Below are positions 19,901 to 29,900 of a stretch of DNA of 64,000 nucleotides, piece by piece. Position 1 is the stretch's first letter. Every line of letters begins with the position of its first letter. This DNA is from Longimicrobiales bacterium (lineage in GTDB: Bacteria > Gemmatimonadota > Gemmatimonadetes > Longimicrobiales > Gaopeijiaceae), in assembly GCA_965202805.1 (NCBI GenBank), contig OZ241869.1, positions 3,648,001 to 3,712,000 on the forward strand, in the 5' to 3' direction. A program made the translations under genes and the position numbers. The notes under the pieces were generated by a model. The model was not told the DNA's origin, ran no database searches, and saw nothing but the letters and a program-made list of their open reading frames with translations.

Positions 19901-19901
19901 G

Positions 19902-21071
19902 CTACCAGTCCGACGAGTGCTCGTCGTGGAGGGCGGTCGGCAGCCGGTACGAATACCTCAGCTCCTCGAAGCCGGCGAAGTCCATCAGGGCGTCGAACCG
20001 GGCCCGATCCTGTCTCGCCCCGACATTGGGCAGCGCCTTGCGGACGATGCGACGGGCACGATGCTGGATCCGCATCCAGGGAATCACCTTTCGCCTGCGA
20101 CGGGGAAACATGAATGAATCCGCGAGTTCGTTGCCGATCAGTTCCCGGGACGCCTGGGTCACGACGCGGGCCATTTTTCTGCGCTCGGCGGACTCCTCGA
20201 CACCAATGATGACGGGCGCGCTGTTCACGATGCTGTTTGCCATGATGATCGCGTCGAGGTCCGCGGGAGGTTCGCACAGGGAGCCGATCTCGAACGCCCG
20301 GCATGCCGAGGCGTCGTCGTGGAAGAGGATCTCCTCGGGGATGCCGATGAGCAGTCCGGTATAGCGCCAGACGTGGATGTAGGCTTCCCGCTCCTCCCTG
20401 CTGAAGTCGCCGCCCAGCGTGGCCACGTGCCGCATGAGACGGCCCGAGAAGGCCGCCCCGGCCAGAAGCGTATGCGCGGCGCTTATCGGTTCTCCAAACC
20501 TTTCATGGTCCCATTCATCCGACTGGTTGATCAGGTATCGGGACTGCGCGTGCACCAATCGAACGCGGAGCGTGAGCCTCCATCCGTCCCCCCCGGGCTC
20601 CATTCCACCCGGGAGGTACTGCTCGACCAGCTGCATCCCGTTCTGCTTGAGGCGCCGCACACCCGAGTTGGTGACCCGTCCCCGGATCCGGAACGACTTG
20701 CTGATCAGAGTGGAGAATCCCTCGACGATGCTGCCGCCCACCAGGGCCGCGAGAACGATGTCGGAGTTTCGCAGAAAGGCGCGCGAGGCCATCCGGGCGA
20801 TGCCGGCGTCGAACCAGTCCGGTACGGTCGTGGAGTACTCGACGAAATCGATGAGGGAATCGGGGGCGTCCGTCTGTGGTGCGTCGGGATTGTCCAGTGC
20901 CTGCGCAAGCGTCTGGTGCAGCTCCGCCGGATCGAGAGCCGACAGATCCCGGACGACGGCATCGGCCAGCGGATCGCCGACCATCGTGTGGCGGACGTAG
21001 GCCTCCGCAAGCTCAGGATCGTGCTGGCGGGCGGCCTCGTATCCCGCGACGTAGGCAGTGGGAACTTCCAA
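19902..21071 (-). CDS. Oxygenase MpaB / Lcp-like heme protein (DUF2236 clan)
   Basis: GDPLADAVV, PDWFD...F, RVRLVHAQSR (conserved His) and AYIHVWRYTGLLIGI. TTG start follows GGAGA. Confidence 0.8.
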   Translation of the reverse strand: MEVPTAYVAGYEAARQHDPELAEAYVRHTMVGDPLADAVVRDLSALDPAELHQTLAQALDNPDAPQTDAPDSLIDFVEYSTTVPDWFDAGIARMASRAFLRNSDIVLAALVGGSIVEGFSTLISKSFRIRGRVTNSGVRRLKQNGMQLVEQYLPGGMEPGGDGWRLTLRVRLVHAQSRYLINQSDEWDHERFGEPISAAHTLLAGAAFSGRLMRHVATLGGDFSREEREAYIHVWRYTGLLIGIPEEILFHDDASACRAFEIGSLCEPPADLDAIIMANSIVNSAPVIIGVEESAERRKMARVVTQASRELIGNELADSFMFPRRRRKVIPWMRIQHRARRIVRKALPNVGARQDRARFDALMDFAGFEELRYSYRLPTALHDEHSSDW

Positions 21072-21213
21072 GGCTTCTCCCGAACCGACTCGCAGAGGCG
21101 GCTGGCCGGTCCCGCCGCAAGGGCTTGGCCTGACCCTCCGAGGGATGGAAAATGGCAGGGTTGCACCAATTGGCCAACCCGGACAGCAAACTGCAAGAGG
21201 TTGTTGCATGGAG

Positions 21214-22698
21214 TCAACCCGGCATCCGCAAGCGCAACCCCTCAGCCTCAGCCTCGCCGGAATCCAGGAAGGCGTTGCACGCTTCAAGCTCGCGTCGGGT
21301 CTCGTGAATGGATGTCCAGTTCACCGCGAGAGTCCAGCGCTGCGCGTAGTTGAGCACGGCGATCAGCGGGTCCGGACGCCCGGCTCGCGTCAGCGCACGC
21401 AGCGCCGCCAGGTAGTTGTCGCGGAAGACGGTCGGGACGATGATCCGTTCTTCCCCGCCAGCCACGAGCTCCGCGTTCATCATCACGCGCGCGATACGTC
21501 CGTTGCCGTCCGCGAAGGGATGGATCTCGCTGACCATGAACATCAGGTACGCGGCCCGGGCGAACGGCGATTCCAGGCTCCGACAAAGCGAGAAACCCTG
21601 CTCCAACGTGCCAGGGACCAGGCCTGGGGCAACGAACAGGGTCTGGCCAGCGCGGTTCGGAGCGGCCTTGAACTCTCCGGGGCGCATCTCGGGTCGACCA
21701 GCCATGATCTCGCGGTGCCGTTCCCGCAGGATGCGCGCGAGGCTGGCGAAGTCGCGGGGGGTCCGGCTCATCTCGCGGAGGTCGGAGACGATGCGCCAGG
21801 TCCCGACGACATCGTGAGCATCCGCTGGCCTGTGCTGCGGGATCTCTCCCTCGAAGACGATTCGGACGGCCTCGTCCACGAGAAACTCGGTACCCTCGAC
21901 GAAGTTCGAGAAGTAGGCCTCGAAGAACGCCAGCGTTGAGCCCGCCCCTGAATCCCTGGGGGGGCTCGGCCGGAAGCGCGGAGGATGGTTGCGAAGGGCC
22001 TGATGCAGCCTGTGGAACAGTTTCATCCGTTCGGGATCGTAGGGCCGCCCAAGGCCGCGCGCCCGCCCGGGCGATGAATCGAGCCGACGGTCCCGGGTGC
22101 CGAGAAGAGCACCGATCAGAGCGTCGAGTTGAGCGGCCTCCTCCTCCATGCCGAGTTCGGCGGCCACCACGCGCGCGCTGTCCCGGAGTCGATTGATGCC
22201 CGCCTCGCCTGACGAACGAATGAGGCCGTCGAGCCGCTCCTCGAGTTCGGTGCGTGTGAAGGTACGCGCCACTCGGCCCCTTCGGGCCCTGGAGGGACGC
22301 ATATTCTCGAGATACGCTCTGGCCATCGATGAAAGGTGCAGTCCGCCGACAAAGGGCATGTCCGATTCGATTGCGCCGGTGCCCCGTCGCGGACGCAGCA
22401 GGACGCCCGGCAACTCGACCGTCCTGCCACGCCTGCTCACGAGGAATACGGAACCATCGGGAGCAGGGGCTGCCTCGAGAGCGGTGCGATCCGCAACCAG
22501 GGCTCCTGGGAAATATCCCGCGACGATTCCCCACAGGTTGCGCCTCACGACCTCCTCCGGGGGATCTGCGAGGTTCTTCGTGTAGAGGCGGGAAGCGAGC
22601 CTCCGCAACGCACCCATTTTGACCGCCCGCGACACTGTAGCGCTGATTGCCGTGTTGGACACGAAGGCCTCGGGCAGTTCGCTCAGTATGCGGTTCAT
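21214..22698 (-). CDS. Fic-domain protein with long N-terminal (AbiEi-like) region
   Basis: Canonical HPFADGNGRIAR; AYFSNFVEGT; N-terminal VSRAVKMGALRRLASRLY wHTH-like segment. Confidence 0.88.
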   Translation of the reverse strand: MNRILSELPEAFVSNTAISATVSRAVKMGALRRLASRLYTKNLADPPEEVVRRNLWGIVAGYFPGALVADRTALEAAPAPDGSVFLVSRRGRTVELPGVLLRPRRGTGAIESDMPFVGGLHLSSMARAYLENMRPSRARRGRVARTFTRTELEERLDGLIRSSGEAGINRLRDSARVVAAELGMEEEAAQLDALIGALLGTRDRRLDSSPGRARGLGRPYDPERMKLFHRLHQALRNHPPRFRPSPPRDSGAGSTLAFFEAYFSNFVEGTEFLVDEAVRIVFEGEIPQHRPADAHDVVGTWRIVSDLREMSRTPRDFASLARILRERHREIMAGRPEMRPGEFKAAPNRAGQTLFVAPGLVPGTLEQGFSLCRSLESPFARAAYLMFMVSEIHPFADGNGRIARVMMNAELVAGGEERIIVPTVFRDNYLAALRALTRAGRPDPLIAVLNYAQRWTLAVNWTSIHETRRELEACNAFLDSGEAEAEGLRLRMPG

Positions 22699-22846
22699 GA
22701 GATTTTTCCGCCCATTAGGAACCCGAACATGGGAGACTTGCAAATTATCTTAGTATAAGAGGCTGAAAACGCGAAAAACTCGCGGTTAACGGTGTCCGTT
22801 CGCAGATCGCCTCCGGCAGGGTTTCCCGAAAGAATCCCCACGCCAA

Positions 22847-22867
22847 ACCCTGACGTAACGTGAGGGT
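22847..22867. promoter_or_regulatory. MerR-family (TipA/Mta-like) operator dyad upstream of the MATE gene
   Basis: ACCCTGACG-TAA-CGTGAGGGT (1 mismatch), followed by CAGGAT at MerR-like 19-bp geometry. Confidence 0.55.
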
Positions 22868-22909
22868 CCAGGATTTCTCCGGGCCGAATCCCGTTAGCTT
22901 GTCGCCGCC

Positions 22910-24340
22910 ATGAACCCGAATCAGACCAGCGACCACCCGACTCCGGCACCCCCCTCCGAGACTTGGTGGGACGTCCTCGTGCACGCCGTGCGCGGCACCG
23001 GGGGCGACCCCACCCGCGGCCCCATACGGCGCGCGGTCATCCTCCTCGCCGTGCCGATGGTGCTGGAGATGGTGATGGAGTCGCTGTTCGCCGTCGTCGA
23101 CATCTACTTCGTTTCGAGGCTGGGAGACGAGGCCATGGCGGGGGTGGCGCTGACCGAATCGGTGCTGTCGCTGATCTACACGGTCGCGATGGGGCTGAGC
23201 ATCGGGGTCACGGCCGTGGTGTCGCGCCGCGTCGGCGGAGGCGACGAAGAGGGGGCGTCGCGCGCGGCCGCGCAGGCCGTCCTGCTGGGACTCGCGCTGG
23301 CGCTCGTGTTCGGCGTCGCCGGCGTGACCTTCGCGCCGGACATCCTGCGGATCATGGGCGCGGACGAGAACGTGGTGGCCACCGGGGTGCCGTACACGCG
23401 CATCATGCTCGGCGGCAACGTCGTCATCCTGCTGCTGTTCCTGCAGAACGCCGCCTTCCGCGGGGCGGGCGACGCCGCGATCGCCATGCGCGTGCTGTGG
23501 ATCGCCAACGGGCTCAACATCGTCCTCGACCCGCTGCTCATCTTCGGCGTCGGACCGTTCCCGGAGTTGGGGGTGCAGGGAGCCGCGGTGGCGACCACGA
23601 TCGGCCGCGGGACGGCGGTCCTGGTGCAGATCTACACGCTTTTTCGCCTGGGGGGCAGGCTTCGCATCCGGCTGCCGCACCTGGGCATCCAGCCCGCCCT
23701 CATGGCGCAGCTCGTGCGCCTCTCGGCGACGGGGATGCTTCAGGCCTTCATCGCCACCGCGAGCTGGATCGGGCTTACCCGGGTGACGGCGCTGTTCGGG
23801 GCCGAGGCGCTCGCCGGCTACGTGATCGCGATCCGGATCATCCTGTTCGCCATTCTCCCTGCATGGGGACTCTCCAACGCTGCGGCGACCATGGTCGGCC
23901 AGGCGCTCGGGGCCGGGAACCCGGAACGCGCCGAGCGCGCCGCGTGGATCTCGTGCAAGATGAACTTCGTCTTCCTGGGGGCGGTCAGCGTATTCTTCAT
24001 CGGCTTCGCGCCGGCCATCGTGGGGCTGTTCGGTGGAACCGAAGGCGCGTCCGCCGTCGCCGTGACCGGCCTCCGCATCGTGTCCATCGGCTTCGTCTTC
24101 TACGGCTACGGCATGGTGCTCACGGCCGCGTTCAACGGGGCGGGCGCAGTTTGGACGCCCACGATCCTCAACTTCTTCTGCTTCTGGCTCTGGGAGATCC
24201 CGCTCGCCTGGGGCCTCTCGCTCGCCGGCGGCCTCGAGACGACAGGGGTCTTCATCGCGATGACGGTGTCGTTCTCGACGCTGGCGGTGGTGGCCGCGGT
24301 GCTCTTCAAACGAGGCAGGTGGCGGCAGGCGCAGGTGTAG
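22910..24340 (+). CDS. MATE family efflux transporter
   Basis: GPIRRAVILLAVP, D..FVSRLG, RGAGD, NIVLDPLLIFG..PELGVQGAAVAT, GQALGAG; 12 TM. Confidence 0.92.
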   Translation: MNPNQTSDHPTPAPPSETWWDVLVHAVRGTGGDPTRGPIRRAVILLAVPMVLEMVMESLFAVVDIYFVSRLGDEAMAGVALTESVLSLIYTVAMGLSIGVTAVVSRRVGGGDEEGASRAAAQAVLLGLALALVFGVAGVTFAPDILRIMGADENVVATGVPYTRIMLGGNVVILLLFLQNAAFRGAGDAAIAMRVLWIANGLNIVLDPLLIFGVGPFPELGVQGAAVATTIGRGTAVLVQIYTLFRLGGRLRIRLPHLGIQPALMAQLVRLSATGMLQAFIATASWIGLTRVTALFGAEALAGYVIAIRIILFAILPAWGLSNAAATMVGQALGAGNPERAERAAWISCKMNFVFLGAVSVFFIGFAPAIVGLFGGTEGASAVAVTGLRIVSIGFVFYGYGMVLTAAFNGAGAVWTPTILNFFCFWLWEIPLAWGLSLAGGLETTGVFIAMTVSFSTLAVVAAVLFKRGRWRQAQV

Positions 24341-24373
24341 GCGCGGTCCGCCGGGCGTACTACATTCCGGGCC

Positions 24374-25882
24374 ATGCAAGGACTTCTCTCTTCGGGACAT
24401 CCGCTGATCTCCGAGGCCGGGGCGGACATCCTCCGCGCCGGCGGCAACGCCTTCGACGCGATCGTGGCGGCTGCGTTCACGAGCACGTTCGCGGAGCCCA
24501 CCATGGCGAGCCTCGGGGGCGCGGGCTTCGTGCTGGCGCGCACCTCTTCCGGGGAGGAGATCCTCTTCGACTTCATCGCCGCCGCTCCGGGCCGGGCGCA
24601 CCCCGGTCCGCCGGACGACGGTGATCGCCACTTCTACCCGGTGGACATCCTCTTCGGGGATATCCCCCAGGAGTTCACCATCGGGCTGGCGTCAGCGGCC
24701 GTTCCGGGGACGCTCAAGGGACTGGTCCATGTGCATGAACGCCTGGGACGGCTCCCGCTCGCGGAGGTGGTCGCGCCCGCCATCGCCGCTGCCCGGGGCG
24801 GCACGGTCATCACCCCGTTCGTGTCGGACTCGCTGCAGCTGATGTTTCCCGTACTGCAAGACTCGCCGGCGGGCACCGCACTCTTCCTGGATGAAGGAAA
24901 GGTTCTGCCCGCGGGCCGGCTGCACCGCAACCCGGGGATGGCCGACTTCCTGGAAACCCTGCCGGGCGATCCGCGGGGGTTCTACGGGGGAGATTTCGCC
25001 GGGGCCATCGAGCGCGACATGCTCGAGGGCGGCGGCCTGATGACGCGGACCGATCTCGAACGATACGAGGTCATCGAACGCCGTCCGCTCTCCGTGGCCT
25101 ATCGCGGGCGTCGCATCCTGACCAACCCGCCGCCGGCGCTGGGTGGATCGCTGATGGCGCTTCGCCTGCTGCTGCAGGAGGAGACGGATCTGTCGGGCTG
25201 CCGTTGGGGGAGCCGTATGCAGGCGCGCGCGACGGCCCGTGCGCTCGAACAGGCCGTCCGGCTCCGAGGGGGCGAGGCGGACCCGCGCGATCCCGCCCAG
25301 GCGGAGCTGCTGGAGGGCGTGCATGCGCCGCTGATCCACGCCGTCCAGGGCACCACCCACCTCAACGCCTCCGACGCCGAGGGCAACGTCGCCGCCCTTT
25401 CCATGTCGAACGGGTCCGGGTCGTCGTATTTCCTTCCGGGGACGGGGATCCACTTCAACAACATGATGGGCGAAGTCGATCTTCATCCAGCGGGATTCCA
25501 TACGGCGGAGCCTGGGGATCGGGTGGCGTCGATGATGTCGCCGACACTCCTGCTGGACGGAGACCAGGTGCTGGCCGCCCTCGGCACAGGGGGCAGCAAC
25601 CGCATCCCCTCGGCGGTGTTCCAGGTGGTTTCGTCCCTTCTCGACCAGGGACTTTCCCCCGACGAGGCGTCCAACTTCCCGCGCATGCACTTCGACGGCG
25701 AGCAGCTCCAGGTCGAGCCGGGATTTCCGGATGAAGCGATGGCGGCGCTCGAGGAGGACTGGGACGTGACGCGCTGGCCGGAGCAGAACCTCTACTTCGG
25801 CGGTGTGCACAGCGTGGCTCCGCGCGCGGGAAGGGTCGGCGCCGACCGGCGCCGGGAGGGCCACGGGATCGTAGTGGAGTAG
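24374..25882 (+). CDS. ggt: Gamma-glutamyltransferase family protein (cytoplasmic)
   Basis: GGNAFDA, AVPGTLKG, GTTHL (Thr nucleophile), SMMSPT, GGSNRI. Confidence 0.85.
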   Translation: MQGLLSSGHPLISEAGADILRAGGNAFDAIVAAAFTSTFAEPTMASLGGAGFVLARTSSGEEILFDFIAAAPGRAHPGPPDDGDRHFYPVDILFGDIPQEFTIGLASAAVPGTLKGLVHVHERLGRLPLAEVVAPAIAAARGGTVITPFVSDSLQLMFPVLQDSPAGTALFLDEGKVLPAGRLHRNPGMADFLETLPGDPRGFYGGDFAGAIERDMLEGGGLMTRTDLERYEVIERRPLSVAYRGRRILTNPPPALGGSLMALRLLLQEETDLSGCRWGSRMQARATARALEQAVRLRGGEADPRDPAQAELLEGVHAPLIHAVQGTTHLNASDAEGNVAALSMSNGSGSSYFLPGTGIHFNNMMGEVDLHPAGFHTAEPGDRVASMMSPTLLLDGDQVLAALGTGGSNRIPSAVFQVVSSLLDQGLSPDEASNFPRMHFDGEQLQVEPGFPDEAMAALEEDWDVTRWPEQNLYFGGVHSVAPRAGRVGADRRREGHGIVVE

Positions 25883-25942
25883 GCGCCCCGCCGCGCTCAC
25901 TGCAGCTCGGCGTGCGGCGCACGACGCGCTGGCGGTCCGGCG

Positions 25943-26761
25943 TCAGGGATCCGGCAGCAGTTCCATCGTGGTCGTCACGTTCGTCTCCATCGTCATCCCG
26001 GCCATGTTCATGTCGAAGCTGACACGGCTCGACTGGCTCAGGAAACGGCCCTCGGCGAGGTCCACGACCATCGATCCGGTCATGGTTCCGGTGGCCGTCA
26101 TTCCCGCGCCTGCAAGCTCCATCTCCATTTCGATCGGGCCCTCGAACGATAGCGTCGCGAGGCTGCCTTCGAGGCTGACGAAGGTGTAGGTCACCGCCAC
26201 CTCCATGGACATCCCTCCGGCGGCCCCGATGGGCAGGTTCATCGGCGCGTCCAGCGTCCAGGAATCCCCCGGGCCGACCTCCTCCTCCGGAAACACGAAA
26301 TAGCTTGCCTCCCGGAAGAGGGTCTCCGGGTTGAACCGGGCAACGTCCAGGCCTTCGGCAAAGGTCACGCCAAGCATTCGGCCACGTGTGTCCATTTCCG
26401 CGGTCAGGACGCTTCCGGAGAAATCCGGCATGTCCATCCCGGGCACGGACATCGCCATCGTTGTAGTGACCGAGTCGATCGTCGCCCGGCTTCGAATCAC
26501 CTCGTCCTCCACGCTCAGGACGGTTTGCGTCTGATAAGTGCTCATCGTCATGACAGGGCTCGACGGCATCATCGGGTTCTCCACTTCCGCCTGCGTGGAG
26601 TGGACGTAGCGGGACACCTGGCCCTCCGGCGGTGCAAGCCTCAGGAGGATCGGGGTGTCGAGAGGTGCGGTGGGTGTGGGCGGGTCCTGTGCGTAGGAGG
26701 CGACCGGGCTCGAGCACAAGAGGGCCGCGGCGAGTGCGACCATCCACCATCGTGATTTCAT
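25943..26761 (-). CDS. Exported beta-rich hypothetical protein (DUF6263-like)
   Basis: Signal peptide; FPEEEVGPGDSW and VVDLAEGR patterns; Met-rich; RBS GGAGGA. Confidence 0.6.
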   Translation of the reverse strand: MKSRWWMVALAAALLCSSPVASYAQDPPTPTAPLDTPILLRLAPPEGQVSRYVHSTQAEVENPMMPSSPVMTMSTYQTQTVLSVEDEVIRSRATIDSVTTTMAMSVPGMDMPDFSGSVLTAEMDTRGRMLGVTFAEGLDVARFNPETLFREASYFVFPEEEVGPGDSWTLDAPMNLPIGAAGGMSMEVAVTYTFVSLEGSLATLSFEGPIEMEMELAGAGMTATGTMTGSMVVDLAEGRFLSQSSRVSFDMNMAGMTMETNVTTTMELLPDP

Positions 26762-26788
26762 CGATCCTCCCGAGAGTTGCGAGATCGT

Positions 26789-26808
26789 ACCTGGAGTAAC
26801 CTTAAGGT
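26789..26808. promoter_or_regulatory. SoxR/MerR-like dyad in the divergent DUF6263-lhr intergenic region
   Basis: ACCTGGAGTAACCTTAAGGT matches the soxbox ACCTCAAGTTAACTTGAGGT at 15/20 and contains the perfect palindrome ACCTTAAGGT. Confidence 0.35.
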
Positions 26809-26944
26809 AAGTTGCCGGTGTCGGACATCCGCGTTACGGTTTGCCGACCGCCCCTGCCGGCGGTGGGTCGATCCTCGATTCGGCCCCGCGAAGGTCCGTC
26901 GCCAGCGCGTCGCTTCCCGTTCCGAAGGAGGACAGAAGAGGGGG

Positions 26945-29900
26945 ATGAGCCTGCCCTTCCACCCGATTGTCGCCGACTGGTTCACCGGGACCCTGGGGGC
27001 GCCGCTCCCCGCCCAGGAGCGCGCCTGGGCCGCCATCCGCGAAGGCCGGCACACCCTGCTCGCGGCCCCGACCGGGTCCGGGAAGACGCTGGCCGCCTTC
27101 CTGAACGCCATCGACGAGCTGCTGCGCGAGGGGCTCGAGCATGGTCTTGAGAACGAAGTGCGGGTCCTCTACATCTCGCCCCTCAAGGCGCTCAGCGCCG
27201 ACATCCACAAGAACCTCGAGGAGCCGCTCGCCGCCATCCGCGAGCGGGCCGTGGAGGCGGGGCTGCCCGCCGTCCGCATCCGTTCCGCGGTGCGCACCGG
27301 GGACACGCCCTCTTCGCGCCGCGCCGCGATGCTGCGCACGCCGCCGCACATCCTGGTCACCACCCCGGAGTCGCTCTACCTGCTCCTGACCGCCGAGCGC
27401 AGCCGGGCGATGCTCGGCACCGTGCGCACGGTGATCGTCGACGAGATCCATGCCGTGATCGATTCGCGCCGGGGATCGCACCTGGCGCTCAGTCTGGAGC
27501 GCCTCGGGCACGTGACGGGCCGGCCGCTGCAGCGGATCGGGCTGTCGGCCACCCAGAAGCCGGTCAGCGAGGTCGCGCGCTTTCTGCTGGGGAGCCAGAG
27601 CCGGGATGCGCGCGGGCGCCCGGATGTGGGCGGGTCCCCGGATGTGGGTGGGCGCCTCGAAGCGGGCGGGCGGCCGGATGCGGGCGGATCCCCGGACGCG
27701 GGCGGGCGCCCGGATGCGGAAACGGAACATGGAGTGTCCAGCGCGCCGGATCCCACGGCGCGGCTCTCCCTCGAGACCGGCTGCACCGTCATCGACGAAG
27801 GCCACCGGCGCGCCATGGACCTCGCCATCGAGGTGCCGCCCTCCCCCATGGAAGCGGTGATGTCGCACGAGGTGTGGTCGGAGGTCTACGAGCGCCTGAC
27901 CGAGTCGATCGAGGCTCACAAGACGACCCTCGTCTTCGTCAACACGCGCCGGATGGCGGAACGCCTCGCAGCCCGGCTGACCGACCGGCTCGGAGAGGAA
28001 GCGGTCACCGCGCACCACGGCAGTCTCTCCAGGGAGGCTCGACTGTCGGCCGAGGACCGGCTTCGCGCGGGCACGCTGAAGGCGCTGGTGGCCACGGCGT
28101 CGCTCGAGCTCGGCATCGACATCGGGCACGTGGACCTGGTTTGCCAGATCGGCTCGCCGCGCTGGATCTCGACCTTCCTGCAGCGGGTTGGGCGGTCCGG
28201 GCACACCGTGCGCGGCACCCCCAGGGGACGCCTGTTCCCGCTCTCGCGCGACGATCTGGTCGAGTGCGCGGCGCTGGTGCGGGCCGTGAACGACGGGGAG
28301 CTGGACCGGCTCGTGATGATGCCGCAGCCGCTCGACGTGCTGGCGCAACAGACGGTGGCCGAATCCGCGTGCGAACCCTGGTCCGAGGATGAGCTCTTCC
28401 GCCTCTGGCGCGGCGCGTACCCGTACCGGGAGCTGGCGCGCGAGCACTTCGACGAGGTGGTGCAGATGGTCGCCGAGGGCTTCGTCACCCGGCGCGGGCG
28501 GCGCGGGGCGCTCGTGCACCGCGACCGGGTCAACGGGCGCATCAAGGGGCGTCGCGCGGCCCGCCTCACGGCGATCACGGCGGGAGGCGCCATCCCCGAC
28601 AACGCCGACTACCGGGTGGTGCTCGATCCGGAGGAGACCTTCATCGGCACGCTCAACGAGGACTTCGCCATCGAGAGTTCGGCGGGCGACATCTTCCAGC
28701 TGGGGAACACCTCCTGGCGCATCCTCGCCGTCAATTCCGGGACCGTGCGGGTGGCGGACGCGCACGGGGAGCCCCCGACGATCCCGTTCTGGCTGGGAGA
28801 GGCTCCGGGGCGGAGCGCGGAGCTGTCGAGCGCGGTGGCCCGGCTGCGCGCCGACGTGGAGACGCGCCTGGATGGGGAGGACGAGGACGCGGCTGCGGGG
28901 TGGCTGGAGGAGCTCGGGTTGTCGGCCTCCGCGGCGCGCCAGATCCAGCATTACCTGCGGGAGGCGAAGCACATCCTCGGGGCCCTGCCCACGCAGGACA
29001 CGCTGGTGCTCGAACGTTTCTTCGACGAGGCCGGGGGGATGCAGATGATCCTGCATGCGCCCTTCGGCTCGCGCGTGAACCGGGCGTGGGGGCTCGCGCT
29101 GCGCAAGAAATTCTGCCGCCAGTTCAACTTCGAGCTGCAGGCGGCGGCCACCGAGGAGGGGGTGCTGCTCTCGCTCGGGCCCCAGCATTCCTTTCCGCTG
29201 GAGGACGTCTTCCGCTACGTGCACCCGGACACGCTCGAACGGACGCTGGTGCAGGCGCTGATCGATTCGCCGGTGTTCCCGACCCGCTGGCGCTGGAACG
29301 CCACCATCTCGCTGGCGGTGCTGCGCAACCGGATGGGCCGCAAGGTGCCGCCCCCGCTGCAGCGCATGGAGGCCGACGACCTGATGGCCGCGGCGTTCCC
29401 GGAGGCGGCTGCGTGCCTGGAGAACATCGGCGGCGACCGCGAGATCCCCGATCATCCGCTGGTGCGGCAGACGCTGCGCGATTGCCTGGAGGAGGCGATG
29501 GCGATGGGCGAGCTGGACGGCGTGCTGCGACGGGTCTTCGCCGGCGAGATCCGCTACGTCACGCGCGACACCCCCGAGCCGTCGGTGCTCAGCCACGAGA
29601 TCCTCAACTCGGCGCCGTACTCCTTCCTGGATGACGCCCCGCTGGAGGAGCGGCGGGCGCGGGCGGTCCAGACCCGGCGCGCGTTCGAGCCGTCTTCGGC
29701 GGATGAACTGGGCGCGCTCGACCCGGCGGCGATCCAGCGCGTGCGCGAGGAGGTGTGGCCCGATCCGCGCGATGCGGACGAGCTGCACGATGCGCTGCTG
29801 ACGGCGGGTGTGCTGACGGCGGCGGAAGGGGAGGCGGGGAATGACGCTGTGGGAGGGAAGGGAGGTGTGTGGCGGGGCCTCTTTGAGGAGCTGTGCGCGA

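Noticed and set aside
16420..22850. Calling the RND-MpaB-Fic block a mobile element
   Set aside because: No integrase, transposase, terminal repeats or tRNA target was seen. Kept only as a compositional finding.
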